This document shows positions 15,804 through 18,865 of a DNA stretch of 18,865 nucleotides, piece after piece (positions within the stretch are counted from its first letter, which is position 1; each line of letters starts with the position of its first letter). The stretch is from Candidatus Micrarchaeota archaeon (GTDB lineage Archaea > Micrarchaeota > Micrarchaeia > Anstonellales > Bilamarchaeaceae). Location: contig JAGVWJ010000033.1 of the NCBI GenBank assembly GCA_018304385.1, positions 1-18,865 on the forward strand, given 5' to 3'. A program made the translations under genes and the position numbers. The notes under the pieces were generated by a model. It was not told the origin of the DNA and searched no databases. It was given only the letters and a program-made list of their open reading frames with translations.

Positions 15804-15900
15804 CGCTCATCACGCAACTTCGTTGCTATTCGCTCTCTTTTCTAAGAAAACCTTAGAAAATGGCTTTCTTAGGCCAAGAAGCGTGCTCGCGCACGCTTCG
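15804..15900. other. Multi-hairpin REP-like element or structured RNA
   Basis: Stems GCAAC/GTTGC (15814-15826), TTTTCTAAG/CTTAGAAAA (15838-15860), TGGCTT/AGGCCA (15861-15876, one G-U pair) and GAAGCGTGC/GCACGCTTC (15878-15899). CGCTC occurs as a direct repeat. Confidence 0.55.
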
Positions 15901-15948
15901 GTAGTTTTGAGATATCTAATAGATTATTTTACTTTGCGGTTTACTGTC

Positions 15949-16689
15949 TTATTTCTTCACCTTTTTAGGTACCTCGTCTTCTTCAGCAAGATATTTTACT
16001 ACAACTGCTGCTGCAGCTATTCCAACAATCGCAACAGATAACCAACCAACTTTTCTTAGACTTGATCTTTGAAACTCAGATTTTATCGCCCTTTCGAGAT
16101 CCGCAATTAACAAGGTTGCGTCTGGAATTGCTGATCTTTTAATTTCAGCTATTCTTTCAAGGCCCTGATCAAGCTTATCTACTGCTTTACTAAGCTGCTC
16201 TGCCATCCTGTCATATTTTGCCGCTCTTGCTTTGTATTTTTGATAGGCGGCATCATTAGCCAGCCTAGCTACTACTTCTTTTTCGTACATTGGTATATTA
16301 CCTTCTTCGCGGGCCAAAATATCATCACTAATCCCTAATTTTTTCTGTACTTCTTTTGCTATTTCTCCTTCGCGACGTTCCATTGCATCCTCCATTATTA
16401 GTAATTTACGATCATATCCTGAGGACCTATTTGCTAAAACCCTAATTGATGTTTTTAATGATTCATCTAAAGCGTCTGTTGCCTTAGCCCCATTCTGCCT
16501 GACATTGGCAAGTATAAAACCTTTTACTAGATCTCTCATTTGTTTTTCTTCTGAAGTAGCTAGCGGATTTCTGGTAATCAGATTAACAATTGCTCTGGTT
16601 AAGCCTGCCTTGTCTCCTTTTCTTCCTAATTCCATCCCTATTTCCAAAGGAGTTTTTTGTTTTTGTGTAAATGCAAGGCCACTGTTCAT
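15949..16689 (-). CDS. Hypothetical coiled-coil protein with C-terminal membrane anchor
   Basis: 246-aa helical, charged ORF with a single hydrophobic helix VGWLSVAIVGIAAAAVVVKYL near the C-terminus. Confidence 0.75.
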   Translation of the reverse strand: MNSGLAFTQKQKTPLEIGMELGRKGDKAGLTRAIVNLITRNPLATSEEKQMRDLVKGFILANVRQNGAKATDALDESLKTSIRVLANRSSGYDRKLLIMEDAMERREGEIAKEVQKKLGISDDILAREEGNIPMYEKEVVARLANDAAYQKYKARAAKYDRMAEQLSKAVDKLDQGLERIAEIKRSAIPDATLLIADLERAIKSEFQRSSLRKVGWLSVAIVGIAAAAVVVKYLAEEDEVPKKVKK

Positions 16690-16729
16690 TTTATCACAGA
16701 TTAAAGATATTCAGAAAACGATAAAAGTA

Positions 16730-16821
16730 TATACACAACCAACTAAGTTTTACCGATTGCAGGCATTAGGGTTTTAGAGATGGTTGTGTATAGATTGAGA
16801 CAAGAAAACATTCTTGTCTCA
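16730..16821. other. Two perfect inverted repeats in the intergenic region
   Basis: TATACACAACCA (16730-16741) / TGGTTGTGTATA (16781-16792) and TGAGACAAGAA (16796-16806) / TTCTTGTCTCA (16811-16821). Confidence 0.65.
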
Positions 16822-16826
16822 GGATA

Positions 16827-17858
16827 TCAGTTAATTATAATCCAATCTTCCGGATGACTTTGTGGACTGTTTGAAGGAAAGTTACAACTTTCATCTATAC
16901 ACTCGCATTGTTTCGCATCTCTAGAAGATTTAGAAATAATAAAATCATCCACTTTCAAACCTTTATTTTGATATTGCTTAAGCACCTCTGGACTCATATG
17001 AAGAAATGGAGATGTGAGTACATTAGCTGATCCTTCTACCATAGATTCAGGTTTCTTTTCTTCATCAAATGTAGAAGGATCAAAGCTGGGAAATACAAAC
17101 TTTTTTAGTGTAATGTCAAAATTCTCACCACCATCTACGTTTGCGTATCCAATTAACTCGCCAGCTTTAACTTCAGAGCCCTTCTTAAGCGATGACAGCA
17201 GATCAACATGGAAAAAAACAAATAACCAACCATCGTTATTTGGGTTAGAAAGCCAGACTTGTATGCCTCTTTGTTTTCCTTCAAAACCAGCAAAATCCTG
17301 TTCAATATTCATAATGGTACCGTTAAAAGGAGCGAAAACCTTTATCTGGCCACTGGTACCTTTTAGCGAATTTATAGCATCAATATAATGTTTCATAGAA
17401 CGTTTCGTTTCTCTTTGACCGTCACTATTCATGCCGCTGTAATCATGCCCAACACAGCTTCTAAACTTAGAGATAACTGATGCCTGAGAAAGGTCGAATG
17501 GGTTTGCTACTATGAACTTATCTGTATAGATAGTTTGGTTGGGTTGATTAAATTTATTAGTTGTCTGATTAATTTGAATCGTTTTATTAACCGAGACATT
17601 GGTAGTAGCATTTATCTTGACAACTGATTCATTCGGTTTCGAAATAGGCATATTTGGGATAGTTTCATTAATTTTTGAAGCACCCTCAGTATCTGATTTA
17701 TTAGTTTGTATTAGTTCCGTTTGCTTTTCTTTTGGGGGTGTTTCATTTTTCTGTATCGGAAATTCAGAGGGGGTTGCACTAGACTGCTCGCCTGGCACTT
17801 GCGCGGTGCAACCACTAACCAAAATAAATACTAAGAATAGAAAATATATACGTCTCAT
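16827..17858 (-). CDS. Lipoprotein with glycosylation-rich linker and degenerate peptidase M23/LytM-like domain
   Basis: Lipobox-like LVSGC and nine N-x-S/T sequons in the linker. VFAPFNGTI, FFHV and VKAGELIG match the M23 fold pattern, but the canonical HxH is absent. Confidence 0.6.
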   Translation of the reverse strand: MRRIYFLFLVFILVSGCTAQVPGEQSSATPSEFPIQKNETPPKEKQTELIQTNKSDTEGASKINETIPNMPISKPNESVVKINATTNVSVNKTIQINQTTNKFNQPNQTIYTDKFIVANPFDLSQASVISKFRSCVGHDYSGMNSDGQRETKRSMKHYIDAINSLKGTSGQIKVFAPFNGTIMNIEQDFAGFEGKQRGIQVWLSNPNNDGWLFVFFHVDLLSSLKKGSEVKAGELIGYANVDGGENFDITLKKFVFPSFDPSTFDEEKKPESMVEGSANVLTSPFLHMSPEVLKQYQNKGLKVDDFIISKSSRDAKQCECIDESCNFPSNSPQSHPEDWIIIN

Positions 17859-17880
17859 AAGATAGAGCTAGAGATAATGT

Positions 17881-17888
17881 ATTTATAA
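17881..17888. promoter_or_regulatory. Candidate bidirectional TATA box
   Basis: ATTTATAA lies 31-32 nt before ATG 17913 (+) and 30 nt before ATG 17858 (-). Confidence 0.55.
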
Positions 17889-17912
17889 CCTTTTCATTGA
17901 ATACATCAAAGT

Positions 17913-18865
17913 ATGAAAAACGTTCTAATTCTAGGCGCAGGCTTTGGTGGACTTACTGCTGCAAACTTATTAGCAAAGCATTGTAATGTGACGCTAATTG
18001 ATAGAAATTCAACTTATTGTATGAGCCTTAATAAACTATGGGTAATGGCTGGCAAAAGATCACCGCAGGAATATGAAAAACCATATTTTCTACTGAAGAA
18101 AAAGAAAATAAATTTTATAAAAACAGAAATTGCAGCAATTGATTTGGAAAGAAAAATTGTTGAAACATCTGAAAGAGGATTTTCTTATGATTATCTTATT
18201 ATCGGAATGGGCGCTGAACCTGTGCCACAGGTAATTCCGGGTTTTGATAATGCATATAACCTATATACAATGCAAGGTGCGCAACAGATAAATAACGCAC
18301 TGAGAAGGATAGAACGCGGTAAAATAGCAATTCTAATTTGTAGAACGCCTTTCAAATGCCCTGCCGCACCTTATGAAGCTGCATTTCTCATAGAAGAATA
18401 TTTGAGAAAAATGAAAACCAGAAACAATATTGAGATATCTGTTTATACGCCTGAACCACAGCCAATGCCAGTTGCTGGCAAAGTTATAGGTGAGAAGATA
18501 AAACAATTACTAAGCGAAAAAGGAATTAGCTATCTACCTAATTATAAGATAATTGAAATTGGAAAAAACTCACTAAAATTTGAAAACGGCGAGAATAAAG
18601 ATTGTGATTTGATTATTGGCATACCACCACATAGCGCTCCTGCTGCAATTAAACATTTATGTGATGAAAATTTTATTTCTGTTGACAAAAAATTGCAAAC
18701 AAAATTCAATAATGTTTTTGCAATAGGGGATTGCACAGCAATAAAACTAGCAGATGGAAAATTATTACCAAAGGCAGGTGTGCTTGCAGAAGAAGAGGCA
18801 AAGGTTGTGGCACATAATATTATTGCAGAGATAAATGGAACTGAAAAGATATCATTCAATGGAAA
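17913..18865 (+). CDS. FAD/NAD(P)-dependent oxidoreductase, sulfide:quinone oxidoreductase family (3' truncated by the window edge)
   Basis: Translated by hand because it is missing from the ORF track: MKNVLILGAGFGGLTAA...YDYLIIGMGA...FKCPAAPYE...VFAIGDCT..LPKAGV. The frame is open to the window end. Confidence 0.85.
   Translation, partial: MKNVLILGAGFGGLTAANLLAKHCNVTLIDRNSTYCMSLNKLWVMAGKRSPQEYEKPYFLLKKKKINFIKTEIAAIDLERKIVETSERGFSYDYLIIGMGAEPVPQVIPGFDNAYNLYTMQGAQQINNALRRIERGKIAILICRTPFKCPAAPYEAAFLIEEYLRKMKTRNNIEISVYTPEPQPMPVAGKVIGEKIKQLLSEKGISYLPNYKIIEIGKNSLKFENGENKDCDLIIGIPPHSAPAAIKHLCDENFISVDKKLQTKFNNVFAIGDCTAIKLADGKLLPKAGVLAEEEAKVVAHNIIAEINGTEKISFNG

Noticed and set aside
15799-16041. 80-aa + strand ORF over the hairpin region
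   Set aside because: It translates the hairpin element and the antisense of the upstream gene's 3' end, with no SD and non-protein-like composition.

Overview
AT-rich window that looks archaeal. TATA-like boxes sit about 30 nt upstream of several start codons, GGTGA/GGTGG/GGAGG Shine-Dalgarno motifs are present, there is an archaeal ATPase-DUF234 gene, and a surface lipoprotein is rich in N-glycosylation sequons. A DPANN-like lineage such as Micrarchaeota is my inference only. The core is a bacterial-type polyamine catabolism set: gabT, a saccharopine-dehydrogenase-family enzyme, patA and patD. It is interrupted by a vapBC toxin-antitoxin module and by accessory genes. Also present: a glutaredoxin/small membrane protein/trxB operon, a HEPN-like gene facing an ATPase-nuclease gene, two convergent transglutaminase-like genes, an M23-like lipoprotein and a truncated SQR-family oxidoreductase. 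Less explained features: (i) two paralogs of a DUF4046-like repeat family with 1 versus 4 SPY repeat motifs, a shared promoter and one near-identical 77-nt block; (ii) four dispersed arrays of degenerate 7-nt repeats, one inside an enzyme CDS; (iii) two multi-hairpin intergenic elements; (iv) compact divergent promoters with a single central TATA box. All identities and counts were made by hand, with no database searches.
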